Part shown: positions 52,616 to 64,000 of the stretch, in pieces | Layout: the number at the start of each line of letters is the position of its first letter | Position numbering within the stretch: position 1 is the stretch's first letter | Assembly (NCBI RefSeq): GCF_006345805.1 | Contig: NC_042998.1 | Coordinates: 5,890,001-5,954,000, forward strand | From: Octopus sinensis | Taxonomy: Eukaryota | DNA length: 64,000 bases | Direction: 5' to 3' | Made by a program: the position numbers and the translations under genes | Notes under the pieces: model-generated | Seen by the model: only the letters and a program-made list of their open reading frames with translations | Databases searched by the model: none | Told to the model about the DNA's origin: nothing

Positions 52616-52965
52616 TTACTCTTTTATTTGTTTCAGTCGTTTGAATGCGGCCATGCTGGAGCACCGCCTTTAGTCGAACAAATTGACCCCAAGACTTATT
52701 CTTTGTAAGCCTAGTACTTATTCTATCGGGTCTGTTTTGCCAAACCGCTAGTTTACGGGGACGTAAACACACCAGTATGAGTTGTCAAGCGATGGGGGTG
52801 GAGGAGACAAACACACACACATACATAGATGGGCTTCTTTCAGTTTCCGTCAATTAAATCCACTCACAAGGCTTTGGTCGGCCTGAAGCTATATTAGAAG
52901 ACACTTGCCCAAGGTGCCATGCAGAGGGACTGAACCTGGAACCATGTGGTTGGTAAGCAAGCTGC
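52616..52965 (-). mobile_element. SINE family A, minus-strand copy
   Basis: Reverse complement of family A; other minus copies at 41905-42500 (split by SINE-B), 47578-47881 and 62186-62548. Confidence 0.9.
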
Positions 52966-53361
52966 ATGAACTGAACATCTGTTTAACATCGGCTCAAGAG
53001 TCAAGGCAATGCAAGTTCACCAGAAAGCTCCTGAGGATCCCTTTTTCTGACAGCAGGGGGCATCAACTATATCTACTGCATTCCTTCTGGACAGATGGTC
53101 AACAAAGACAGCTTTGTGGCAAAAGGACAGAGCAACAGCACCAATGCACAGTTCTATCCTGGTAACCAACTATTTCACAAAGATGAGTATAGGCACAGGA
53201 GTGGCTGTGTGGTAAGAAGCTTGTTTCCCAACCACATAGTTCCGAGTTCAGTCCCACTGCGTGGCACCTTGGGCAAGTGTCTTCTGTTATAGCCTCAGGC
53301 CGACCAAAGCCTTGTGAGTGGATTTGGTTGACGGAAACTGAAAGAAGCCTATTGTTTATAT

Positions 53362-53397
<36 letters not shown>

Positions 53398-54470
53398 ATA
53401 TGTTTGTGTGTCTGTGTTTGTCCCCCCAACATCGCTTAACAACTGATGTTGGTGTGTTTACATCCCTGTAACTTGGCGGCTCGGCAAAAGGGACTGATAG
53501 AATAAGTACTAGGCTTACAAAGAATAAGTCCTGGGGTCGATTTCCTCGACTAAAGGCAGTGCTCCAGCATGGCCACAGTCAAATGACTGAAACAAGTAAA
53601 AGAGTAAATGTCTTTACTGGAAAAGTCTCAAAAATTCTAGAATGCATCTTGTAATTGCTTGTAAGCACCTGATTTTAAGCCATGACTGAGCAGTACTACA
53701 AGCTCAAAGTAGATGCAACAAATAAGCTATGTTCTCAGAGAAAGCTCAGTCAAGGTTTAAGGCTCACAACAGGAATGCGAAAGGAGAATATATTTCAAAT
53801 ATTAGCCCTGCATGCTGATGACGTAATCAATAGCAAATAAGGTTCTTGGAGTGTGAAGGGGAAGAGTGATGGAGAGAGAAAGAAGATGAAGATTGACAAG
53901 CAGGAATAGCAGACAATTTAACCCTCTTGATACTTGCTGAGAAGAGTCTATAGTAAAGAGTTCATATTCCAATTAGAATCATGATCAAAATCTCATTACA
54001 ACATGAAAGAGGATAACATAAGATTTCATTCAGTTGGTCAACACTAACATGATATACGTGAGATTACGTAGTGAGCTAATGAGGAGGCTTCTATGTGGTT
54101 GTTTGACCTGCTAGAAAAAACAACTAAATCTCCTGCAAATCATAAGATGGTCATGACTGAAATGCTTTCCATCTTAGATCTTCTTGATAAAGGTTGACCT
54201 GAGGCTAATTAGCAAAGGTTGACCTGAGGCTAATTAGCAAATACAGCAAGCTGAGGTTCAGGCATGGTAGTGTGATTAAGAAGCGTACTTTCTAACCATG
54301 TGGTCTTGGGTTCGGTCCCACTGCACAGCACCTTGAGCAGGAGTCGGCTACTATGGTCCTGGGCTGACCAAAGTCTTGTCAGTGGAGTTAGCAGGGCAAA
54401 AGATGAAAGAAGCCTCTCTCTCTCTCTCTCTCCGTGTCATTTAATATAAATAATCCCTGCTGTCATTTAA

Positions 54471-54844
54471 TCTCTCTATATATAAAGCTGAAGGTTTGGT
54501 AGCCTTCAACTAACTCTATCTCCTCCGAGAGCCTGCGGCACAAGGTGACCAAAATTGAGAGTATGATAGAAGAAGGCTAGCTCTTCCTTCCATAGAAGAA
54601 AAAATTCAAATTGGACCCTGTTAACACCAAAAGTTATCAACATCAAAAAAGTGCTTTTTTCTATGAAAATCCCTATTTTTTACGATTTTTTTTACTGCTG
54701 TGTCGCCATTTTTCAGTGTATTTCAATCAGAAAAATGTTCACTTAAAGAGAATAACAAGCTACATAATGCAAAATTTTTACTTTTCAAAACTTCTAATTC
54801 TAAAGGATAAAAACAAACCCAAGCAACGCCGGGCGATACTGCTA
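54471..54844 (+). mobile_element. Non-autonomous Helitron-like element
   Basis: A|TC start, subterminal CCCAAGCAACGCCGGG hairpin, CTAG|T end; a similar 3' end lies at 25970-26000. Confidence 0.55.
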
Positions 54845-56954
54845 GTATAAGGTTAAAAGTATTTTATTAAACTCCATCAAAGTCTTGGTTATACAGTAAA
54901 ACCAATGAAATGTAACAGACAATGTATTCCTTAAAAATATTGTGCAACAATATTGAATAAGTATTCATGTACAAAGAACTGGAGGAGAAAATAATGCCAT
55001 TCAGTTGTTTGGAAATATAATATTAATTATTAAGAATGGTAAGAGATTGATAACAGGAAACAGGTATAATAGATGCTGTGCAATGGGACTGAACCCAAGC
55101 CTACATGGTTGCAAAGTGAGCTCCTTAACAACATAACCATGCCTTTGAGGATCCTTAACCGGTTCATTCATATAACCTCCTCTCTTAAATGAAAGAAGGG
55201 AAAACTAAATGTAAAATAACAACAACAACAACAACTGCAGTTTCAGTTTTACAGTCAGACTGCGAAAGCTGTGACTGCCATGGAAGGAATGTGACGAGCT
55301 GTGTTGCTTTTACTCTTTTACTGCTTTCAGACAATTGGATGAGGTCAAACCATAGCATGCACTGCCAAGCGCATAAGTGGAAGCACCTGAATTAAAAATC
55401 ATAAAGAACTCTAATGAGAAGGAATTGATATGGTTGATGAAGAAAATAGCTATGTTCTTAATAAAAAATAAATAGAGAAAGAAATGGTTCTATATATCTT
55501 AATAGAAATACTAACGAAAAGAAATTGAGTGAATTTTCACAGAATGTCAGCAGGACGATGTTTTTACATAATGATTTATACAGAACATGAAAATATCATC
55601 AAGATATGAACCCTTAAATTGAATGGCATAAAATGCAAGATAGACAGACACATAAGTGTACAAGGAAAAGAAAAGAGCATGTTCAAATCACTATAATGAT
55701 CTATATACACACATGAATATACACACATGTGATAGTGGTAATGAATGCATGAAGAGTACTGAATACAGGTAGTAAAGTATAGTTAATTTAATCCTTTAAT
55801 ATTCTACTCAATTTATTTTCAAATTGGCCATATCTGGCCTCTCACACGTACCCAGCAATGTCATTCTAAAAATAAACAATTACATCATTGAAATCTCAAT
55901 GAGATCTCTATGAGAAAGTGCAGGATTAATTCAAAACAGATTAATCAGAATACTAAAGGGTTAACTTAACCATATTTGCAGGCGTTATAAGATGCACCCC
56001 TATTTATTTTACAAGGATATTTTGTTGAAAAAACAGATTTAGGATGTTTCAGCTTACACTTGTTGAAATATATTCTAACCCTTTAGCATTTAAACTCGTC
56101 ATACCTAGCCTAAATATTCTACTGATCTTACTTTCAAACTGGCCATATCTAACCTCTGACACCTAACCTACATTAAAAACAAGCAATCACATCATTGAAA
56201 CCTCAAAGCTATAAGATAATGCATGATTAATTCAAAGCAATTTGACCAACAAAGTATTACATTTAACACCGTAATCTGAACGCTAATATATTTTAAAGTG
56301 GTTTTGTGGGAGGAAATGCATGATTGTGTGTAAGTAAATATGGTGCACACTGTCACAATATTATGTGAAAGTATAATGGAATAAAGTATGAAGTCATTAA
56401 TTTATCATACAGAAAATATATATTTAAGAGGAGTAGCATATTTCAGTTTTTATCTTCTTTCAGTCCATTTGTAGAGTTGTTTATATTTTGCTCAAGGGAA
56501 TTGCCTTATAGGAAGTAAAGACTTCTATTTCTGGTCTGGCCATGATGCTTTATGTAATAGCTGTCAGCCACTGCAATGGCTTAGTTATCATCATCATCAT
56601 CATCATTTAATGTCTGCTGTCCATGCTAGCATGGGGTGGACGGTTTGACCAGAGCTGGCAAGCAAGGGAGCTGCACCAGACTTCTGTGTCTGTTTTGGCA
56701 TGGTTTCTACAGCTGGATGCCCTTCCGAACATCACCCACTTTACAGAGTGTCCCAGGTGCTTTTATGTGGCACTGCACTGGCACTTTTATGTGGAACTAC
56801 ATGAGTGCTTTTACATAGCACTGCCACAAGTGCTTTACACCACCAGCAGGATTGGTCTTAACACTTCTGCTGGAATGAAAGTTGTTGAAGGGTAAAAGGT
56901 AACATCACTTATGCTGGTGCTACAATAAAATGCACTCAATATACCATGTAAAAG

Positions 56955-57509
56955 GTGGAGATGTGTGGCTTAGTGGTTAAAGTATCAGCATCATGATCGT
57001 AAGATTGTGGTTTCGATTCCTGGACCGGGAGATGCGTTGTGTTCTTGAGCAAAACACTTCATTTCACGTTGCTCCACTCCACTCAGCTGGCAACAATGAG
57101 TAATGCTGCGATGGACTGGCGTCCCATCCAGCTGGGGAACACATACGCCATTGAAACTGGGAAACCAGACCCATGAGCCTGGCTAGGCTTTAAAAAGGGC
57201 GCATTTATTAGTGGAGGTGCAATGGACCAGTGGTTAGGGCAGCGGGCTCATGGTCGGAGGATTTCGATTCCTAGACCGGGTGTTGTGTGTGTTTATTGAG
57301 CGAAAACATCTAAAGCTCCACAAGGCTCCGGCAGGGGGTGGCGGCGAACCCTGCTGTACTCTTTCACCCCAACTTTCTCTCACTCTTTCTTCCTTTTCCT
57401 TGAGTAATGCTGCGATGGACTGGTGTCCCGTCCAGCTGGGGGGAACACATACGCCATAGAAACCGGGAAATCGAGCCCATGAGCCTGGTGAGGCTTGAAA
57501 AGGGCACAT
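56955..57509 (+). mobile_element. Two adjacent SINEs: head D plus tail T2 (56955-57204) and head E plus tail T2 (57211-57509)
   Basis: Both end in GAGTAATGCTGCGATGGACTGG...CCATGAGCCTGG...AAAGGGCxCAT but have different tRNA-derived heads. Confidence 0.85.
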
Positions 57510-58064
57510 AAAAAAACTAAAAACTAAAAAATACTATGTAAAGTGGCTGGCAAACAAGTGAAGACTGCTTATGGCCAAGGGAACACTTTACTCCTTCCAA
57601 GAATATAACAACTTTTCTACTGCTGGTGCAGCAATAAAATGCATTAAATACATTCTATAAAGTAGTCAATGAAAGAGGGAAGTGGGTATATTGCAATATA
57701 AATGAGAGCAGAAATGAAATGTAAGACAGTATTTTGATCAGCTGAAAGGGTAGTAATTATAAATAATAACTAACTTGCAGTATGATGACTGACTCAGCCC
57801 ATGCAAGCATGGAAAGCTGATGTAAGAGGATATATATCAATCGATTGATCTATTGATCCATCCATTCATCCATCCATTCATTCATTCATTCATTCATTCA
57901 TTTATTTATTTATTTATTTATTTCAAGAAGAGTTTTTCGTTTTTGACTTTGGGATTAATTAGACTCCGAAATAATTTGTAGAATGTATATAGGTTCTGTA
58001 CCAACCTAGATTATGAATTTAAAATTGTCTGCACCTAAAATCTTTCCTTTCCTTATACTTCATT

Positions 58065-58112
<48 letters not shown>

Positions 58113-58158
58113 AATGTATGTATGTATGTGTATATATATATATGTATGTATGTATGTA

Positions 58159-58191
<33 letters not shown>

Positions 58192-58232
58192 ATATATATA
58201 TATATACACATATATGTATATATGTATGTATG

Positions 58233-58286
<54 letters not shown>

Positions 58287-61200
58287 GAAATCCTTAAAAA
58301 TGTTTTAGCCCGAAGGCCACGGCCATATATATATATATATAGATATATAGATAGATAGATCATCTACATCTAACATCTGTTTTTCATGATGGCATGAGTC
58401 GAACATGTGTGTGAGAATATGTGTACATGCACATAGAAACAAACATATATATATAAATATGCATGCATACACATACATAGAAAAATATACATATACATAC
58501 ACGTGTACACACACACATGCATACATACCCACACGAGTTTGTGTATGTATGTGTGTCTGCATACGTGAATCTATGACACTATTACTCACATCAATAAATT
58601 CAAGAGAAAACAGAAGGATTATGATGTCAATGAATTCCAGTACAAGTAGAAGGAACGTTATTAATGGGACTAAAAGATTGCGGAGACAGATCTTCACTTT
58701 GCAAAACATTGTACGAGAGAGAGAGAGGGGGGGGGGGAGAAGGAAGAAAAATGACAAAGAAACAGTATTTTAAAAATTCATTAACACACTTAACAATCAA
58801 CATCAATATGTTTAGACATGTGCATTAGAATACAGTTGAAGAGTTCTTTTTTAAGGAACAAGAGATACATGAATATATATATATCAGTGCACACACAGAG
58901 AACTGGTTGTCCTAGATTGCAGCCTACATTATTATTTTTATCTTTGGCAATGCAGCAGAAAGACTGAAGTAGCAAAGCAAAATTTGCCTTAACCAAAAAA
59001 AAAAAAAAAAAACACTGAGGTGCAGGAGTGGCTGTGTGGTAAGTAGCTTGCTAACCAACCACATGGTTCCGGGTTCAGTCCCACTGCGTGGCACCTTAGG
59101 CAAGTGTCTTCTGCTATAGCCCCGGGCCGACCAATGCCTTGTGAGTGGATTTGGTAGACGGAAACTGAAAGAAGCCTGTCGTATATATGTATTTATATAT
59201 ATATATATATACATGTGTGTGTGTATGTGTTTGTCCCCCTAGCATTGCTTGACAACCGATGCTGGTATGCTTACGTCCCCGTCACTTAGCGGTTCGGCAA
59301 AAGAGACCGATAGAATAAGTCCTGGGCTTACAAAAGAATAAGTCCCGGGGTCGATTTGCTCGACTAAAGGCGGTGCTCCAGCATGGCCGCAGTCAAATGA
59401 CTGAAACAAGTAAAAGAGTAAAGAGAGTGAAAGGTAGCCGGCTTGACTTTTTTTCTTTTTTGTAAGATTTGCAGTTTAATGGAATGCAATATAAGCTGAA
59501 GAATAGTTATTACTTATTATACACATATAAGAGGGTGAGTGAGTACAGCAAGCTGGAAATGGTCAACAAAGTTCCCAGCTACTAGCAACGGACCAAATCA
59601 ACCATTCAAGCTGAAATATAATCTGGTGAGTTTTAGAATTGCAAAAACATCAGTGTATATGTGTGTGTGTGTGTGGTTTGTGTATTTATTTATTGTTTTT
59701 TTTTGGTACTCAATTCTTTTACATGGTTGGTCACATTCGTGTTCTAGCTCCATGATCTCTGTAGAGTCAGCTGCTCAACCATAAAGCCATTCATACACAG
59801 ATCGATATAGTTAGATATACGAGTTAATTTGTTCTTAGTGACTGCTTGTAAAGCGAAAATTCGCAGAGCAGAGCAATAATTTCCAATACTAGCAATGCTA
59901 TAAATCGTAATTTATTCTCAGAAAAGTATTTTACCTATAAAATTCATAATTGTTGTATTTTGGGATGGTTATTTATTTATTTGTTTTGCCAAATAAACGC
60001 ATGCACATACATACAGTAATCCCTCAACTATCGTGGGTGTTACGTTCCAAAACATCCCACGACAGGTGAAAATCCACAAAGTAAAAACAGTACTGTACTG
60101 TATATGTCATCATCATGATCATCATCGTTTAACGTAGGTGTAGGAGTGGCTGTGCGGTAAGTAGCTTGTTTACCAACCACATGGTTCCGGGTTCAGTCCC
60201 ACTACGTGGCATCTTGGGCAAGTGCCTTCTACTATAGCCTCGGGCTGACCAAAGCCTTGTGAGTGGATTTGGTAGACGGAAACTGAAAGAAGCCCGTCGT
60301 ATATTTGTATATATATGTATATGTATGTGTGCGTGTATGTTTGCATATCTGTGTTTGTCCCCCCAACATCGCTTGACAACTGATGCTGGTGTGTTTATGT
60401 CACATCACTTAGCGGTTCGGCAAAAGAGACCGATAGAATAAGTACTGGGCTTACAAAGAATAAGTCCCGGGGTTGAGTTACTCGATTAAAGGCGGTGCTC
60501 CAGCATGGCCGCAGTCAAATGACTGAAACAAGTAAAAGAGTAAAAAGAGAGAGAGAGAGAGAGAGAGAGAGTTTCCATGCTAGCATGGGTTGGATGATTT
60601 GACTGAGGGCTGGCAAACCAGATGGCTGCACCAGGCTCCAATTTGATCTGGCAGAGTTTCTACAGCTGGATGCCCTTCCTAACGCCAACCACTCCGAGTG
60701 TGTAGTGAGTGCTTTTACGTGCCACCGGCACGAGGGCTAGTCAGGCGGTACTGGCAATGGTCACTGTATATTCTTTTCAATTATTTTTATAATTTGTATA
60801 TATTTATTTTATCATAAATGCAAAACAACACCACAGAGGAATAATAAACAGTGATAGGTGAACTGCGATATGGCAAGGGATCACTGCATATTTGCTCTTC
60901 ACTTGCTTATTACTGGTCTTATTTTAACTCATGTCCGTTGTCTGGAAATCTTTTGTCACACATTTGTGACCTCCTTGTGACACTTTCTGTCCATGTGTGT
61001 GCTCTTGCTCTGTTTAGTCCATTAGAAATGACCATCCCGAAATACAACAGTATCTGTTTTAACACATGGTTTCACATCAGGAATCTTGCAACACAAATTC
61101 ATATGTGTAAGTTTATAATACTAGTAAATAAATGGCAATATAACAACAGTAGAATATAAAGAATATAGAGATGCACATCCATACATACAAACTTGCAAAA

Positions 61201-61778
61201 CACACACAGACATGCACACACAAGGAGACAGAGGTGCATACATATACAAACACATGCTCACACACACATAAAAAAATACACAAACATGGACATGCAAGCA
61301 CATGAATATGCAGAATACATACATACAGATGCACACACATACATACATACATACATACACATATATATATATATATACATATGCATACACACATGTATAC
61401 ATATACACACACATGCATACATGCATACATACATATGTACATGCATGCATAGGCAGGCACACACAAACACACACTGACCCACACAAATGTGCACAAACAA
61501 ACAAACAAACAAAAGGAAACGCAGTGTAAATAATGGACAGAGTCAAGACTATTGAAAAGGTTGCAAGATGTAAAGAAAAATTTAGGAAAATAAAAATAAG
61601 TGGAAATTTTTACTTGTGAATGGGTTAAATTATAAGGCACAAAAAGAAAATGATTCTCCCCAGACCCAACAGAATATGCTTCAACACACGAACTCATATA
61701 AAGAATCTTGCAAACCAAATCCAAAAACGAAATGTAAAGAATGTTTTATGTAAAGTAAAAAGAATGTCTAGATGATTT

Positions 61779-62062
61779 ATGCTTTTTGATCTCCATGTGT
61801 CTAAACCACGTGGACATGCCTACAAAGTCAGAAAACAGCACAGCTCCCATGACTTTCGGAAACACTTTTTCACGCTCAGAGTTGCTGAAGCATGGAACAA
61901 ACTGCCTGCGTCAGTTGTTGACTGCCATGACACTGCATCCTTTAAGGCCCTCATGCTTTCTGAAATCCGCCGAAACTACACCTGATTATATATACACTTT
62001 AGATGAGTTGTAGTGCACCTGAGCACTGTACACAATTATTATTATTATTATTATTATTATTA
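61779..62062 (+). mobile_element. CR1 LINE 3' fragment
   Basis: RGHAYKVRKQHSSHDFRKHFFTLRVAEAWNKLPASVV, stop, short 3'UTR, (ATT)n tail. Confidence 0.85.
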
Positions 62063-63345
62063 AAAAATATTATTATCCTCATTTTCGGAATCCCTTTCAC
62101 TCGCACTAGACTCGGGCACCATCGCTTGTAGACACAATCACTGATTCACAAGTTTAGAGATGATTCCTTAGAAGAAGCTTTTTTACCTGTTTCAGTCATT
62201 TGACTGTGGCCATGCTGGAGCACCGCCTTTAGTCAAGCAAATCGACCCCCAGGCCTTATTCTTTGTAAGCCTAGTACTTATTCTATCGGTACTCTTTTGC
62301 CAAACCACTAAGTTACGGAGACGTAAACACACCAGCATCGGTTGTCAAGCGATTTTGGAGGAACAAACAGACACACAAACATACACACACACACGGGCTT
62401 CTTTCAGTTTCCCTCTACCAAATCCACTCACAAGGCTTTGGTCGGCCCGAGGCTATAGTAGAAGACACTTGCCCAAAGTGCCACGCAGTGGGACTGAACC
62501 CGGAACCATGTGGTTGGGAAGCAAGCTACTTACCACACAGCCACTCATGCACCTGTATACTTGTGTGTGTATATATATATTATTGTTTTTTTTTATTTCA
62601 GTATGTAACCCAAGTTCCTCTCCTGTCCTACTGGTATATTAAAAAGTATGTGTACCCTAGCTGTGAGGAAATGTAAATTCCAGTGTTGGCAACATTTTAG
62701 AAATATATTGCTTGAAACATCAGAATCAATAGAAACAGCACCATTTCTCATGGCATGTGGACACATATTTACCAATTCCATTGATAGTATTTTAGCAATG
62801 TAAGCTACCACCAGTTTCATGGAGTCTTAGTGATTTTTGTTTTTAACGTTTTTCCCCACAATTTGTTCTAGCTTGCTACAGTGAACAATTGTAACCTCTT
62901 ACCACTGTTTCCCACCACCCACAAAAAATAAAAAAAAGGAGAAAAAGAGACTTGCTTCACAACCGAGTTGTTACATACTGTAAAGGCATATGGTGACAAA
63001 AAGGAAAGAAATGGAAAAGAAAAAAACTCGACAAACAATCCTTCTAAACCATGCAAGTACAAACAACATGATGCAAATCAATGCTATATATATACATATA
63101 TATACACACACACATTTATGTGTGTGTATAACGTGTACATATATGCATATGTGTATATATATTGGAAGGTTTGGAGATGATGTACAGGTATTATATATTA
63201 GAAGAAATGAGGTACTCAGAAAATCGGATGGTTTATATTTACAGATACTTATTTGTATATTACATTTTTTATATATATATATCATATCACTTAGATCATT
63301 AGCGCTTTCTCCCATTCTAGTGGGGTTTTCAAATCAAACTAAATC

Positions 63346-63379
<34 letters not shown>

Positions 63380-64000
63380 CCCCCCACTAATAATAATAAT
63401 AATAATTCGTCCAACCCATGCTAGCATGGAAAGCGGACATTATACAATGATGATGATGATGATGATGATGATGAATAAATAGCTGGACCCGTGAAAAATT
63501 CACGGAAAACATAAAAATATGTACGCATCTGTACACAGTGTACTGGTGCCATGAGAAATGTTTGTATATTATGACTGTCTGTCTTTACGTTCTGAGTTCA
63601 AATTCTGCTGAGATCGACTTTGCCTTTTGTCCTTTCGGGGGTCAATAAATTAAGTATCAGTTGTGTACTGGGGTTGATCTAATCAAGTGGTCCCTCCTCC
63701 CCACAAGAAATTCAGGCCTAGAAAAGTATATTGTAACAGTTGACTATATAATCCAACCAAAATATCTCAGTTACACAAATGTAAATAGAATTACTATTTA
63801 ACCTGAAAATACATCGTACATATTCTATGGACCTTAATGTAAAAATTGAAATGCAAAAGAACAAAATAATAAACAGATTTATGAATGAAAGTTTGGTAAT
63901 TGCATTTATTTACACCATGCGCAACTTATTGCAAACATGTTTTAACTAACCTAAACTATATACACACACAAATGCATTCATATATATATATGTCTCAAAT

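Noticed and set aside
1185-61724. Dozens of Y/I/H/T/C/V/M-rich ORFs in the track
   Set aside because: They are translations of (TA)n/(TG)n/(TATG)n microsatellites.
51060-63300. Scattered exon-like minus-strand patches (for example about 52020-52090, 55250-55390, 58590-58700, 59820-59930)
   Set aside because: Open frames and splice-like sites exist, but they form no phase-consistent chain or recognisable homology and are expected by chance.

Overview
AT-rich, repeat-dominated eukaryotic genomic DNA. The SINE families and dense (TA)n/(TG)n/(CAT)n microsatellites resemble Octopus or another coleoid cephalopod (inference from recall, not a search). Most ORFs in the supplied track are microsatellite or antisense artefacts. 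Supported content: (1) one 75-nt minus-strand exon matching the DEAD-box helicase DDX49/Dbp8 at 44202-44276, with no other DDX49 exon recognised; (2) a cluster of candidate minus-strand exons at 20.4-24.3 kb, plus 13.1 kb and 10.8 kb, that splice in phase into an unidentified Leu-rich protein; (3) a ~2.05 kb 5'-truncated CR1/L2-group LINE whose RT frame has only two 1-nt frameshifts, plus 3' fragments of CR1 and RTE-type LINEs; (4) several SINE-like families (working labels A-E); (5) Tc1/mariner, piggyBac-type, hAT-type and Helitron-like relics; (6) probable Penelope-like fragments with hammerhead-ribozyme motifs and long inverted repeats. Best leads: a complete minimal hammerhead at 8365-8433, a 555-bp fold-back element made of two mariner 3' ends, a covarying 3' hairpin shared by the LINE and SINE-A, head/tail shuffling among SINEs, and the lone DDX49 exon. 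No searches were run; family names are recalled and many element boundaries are approximate.
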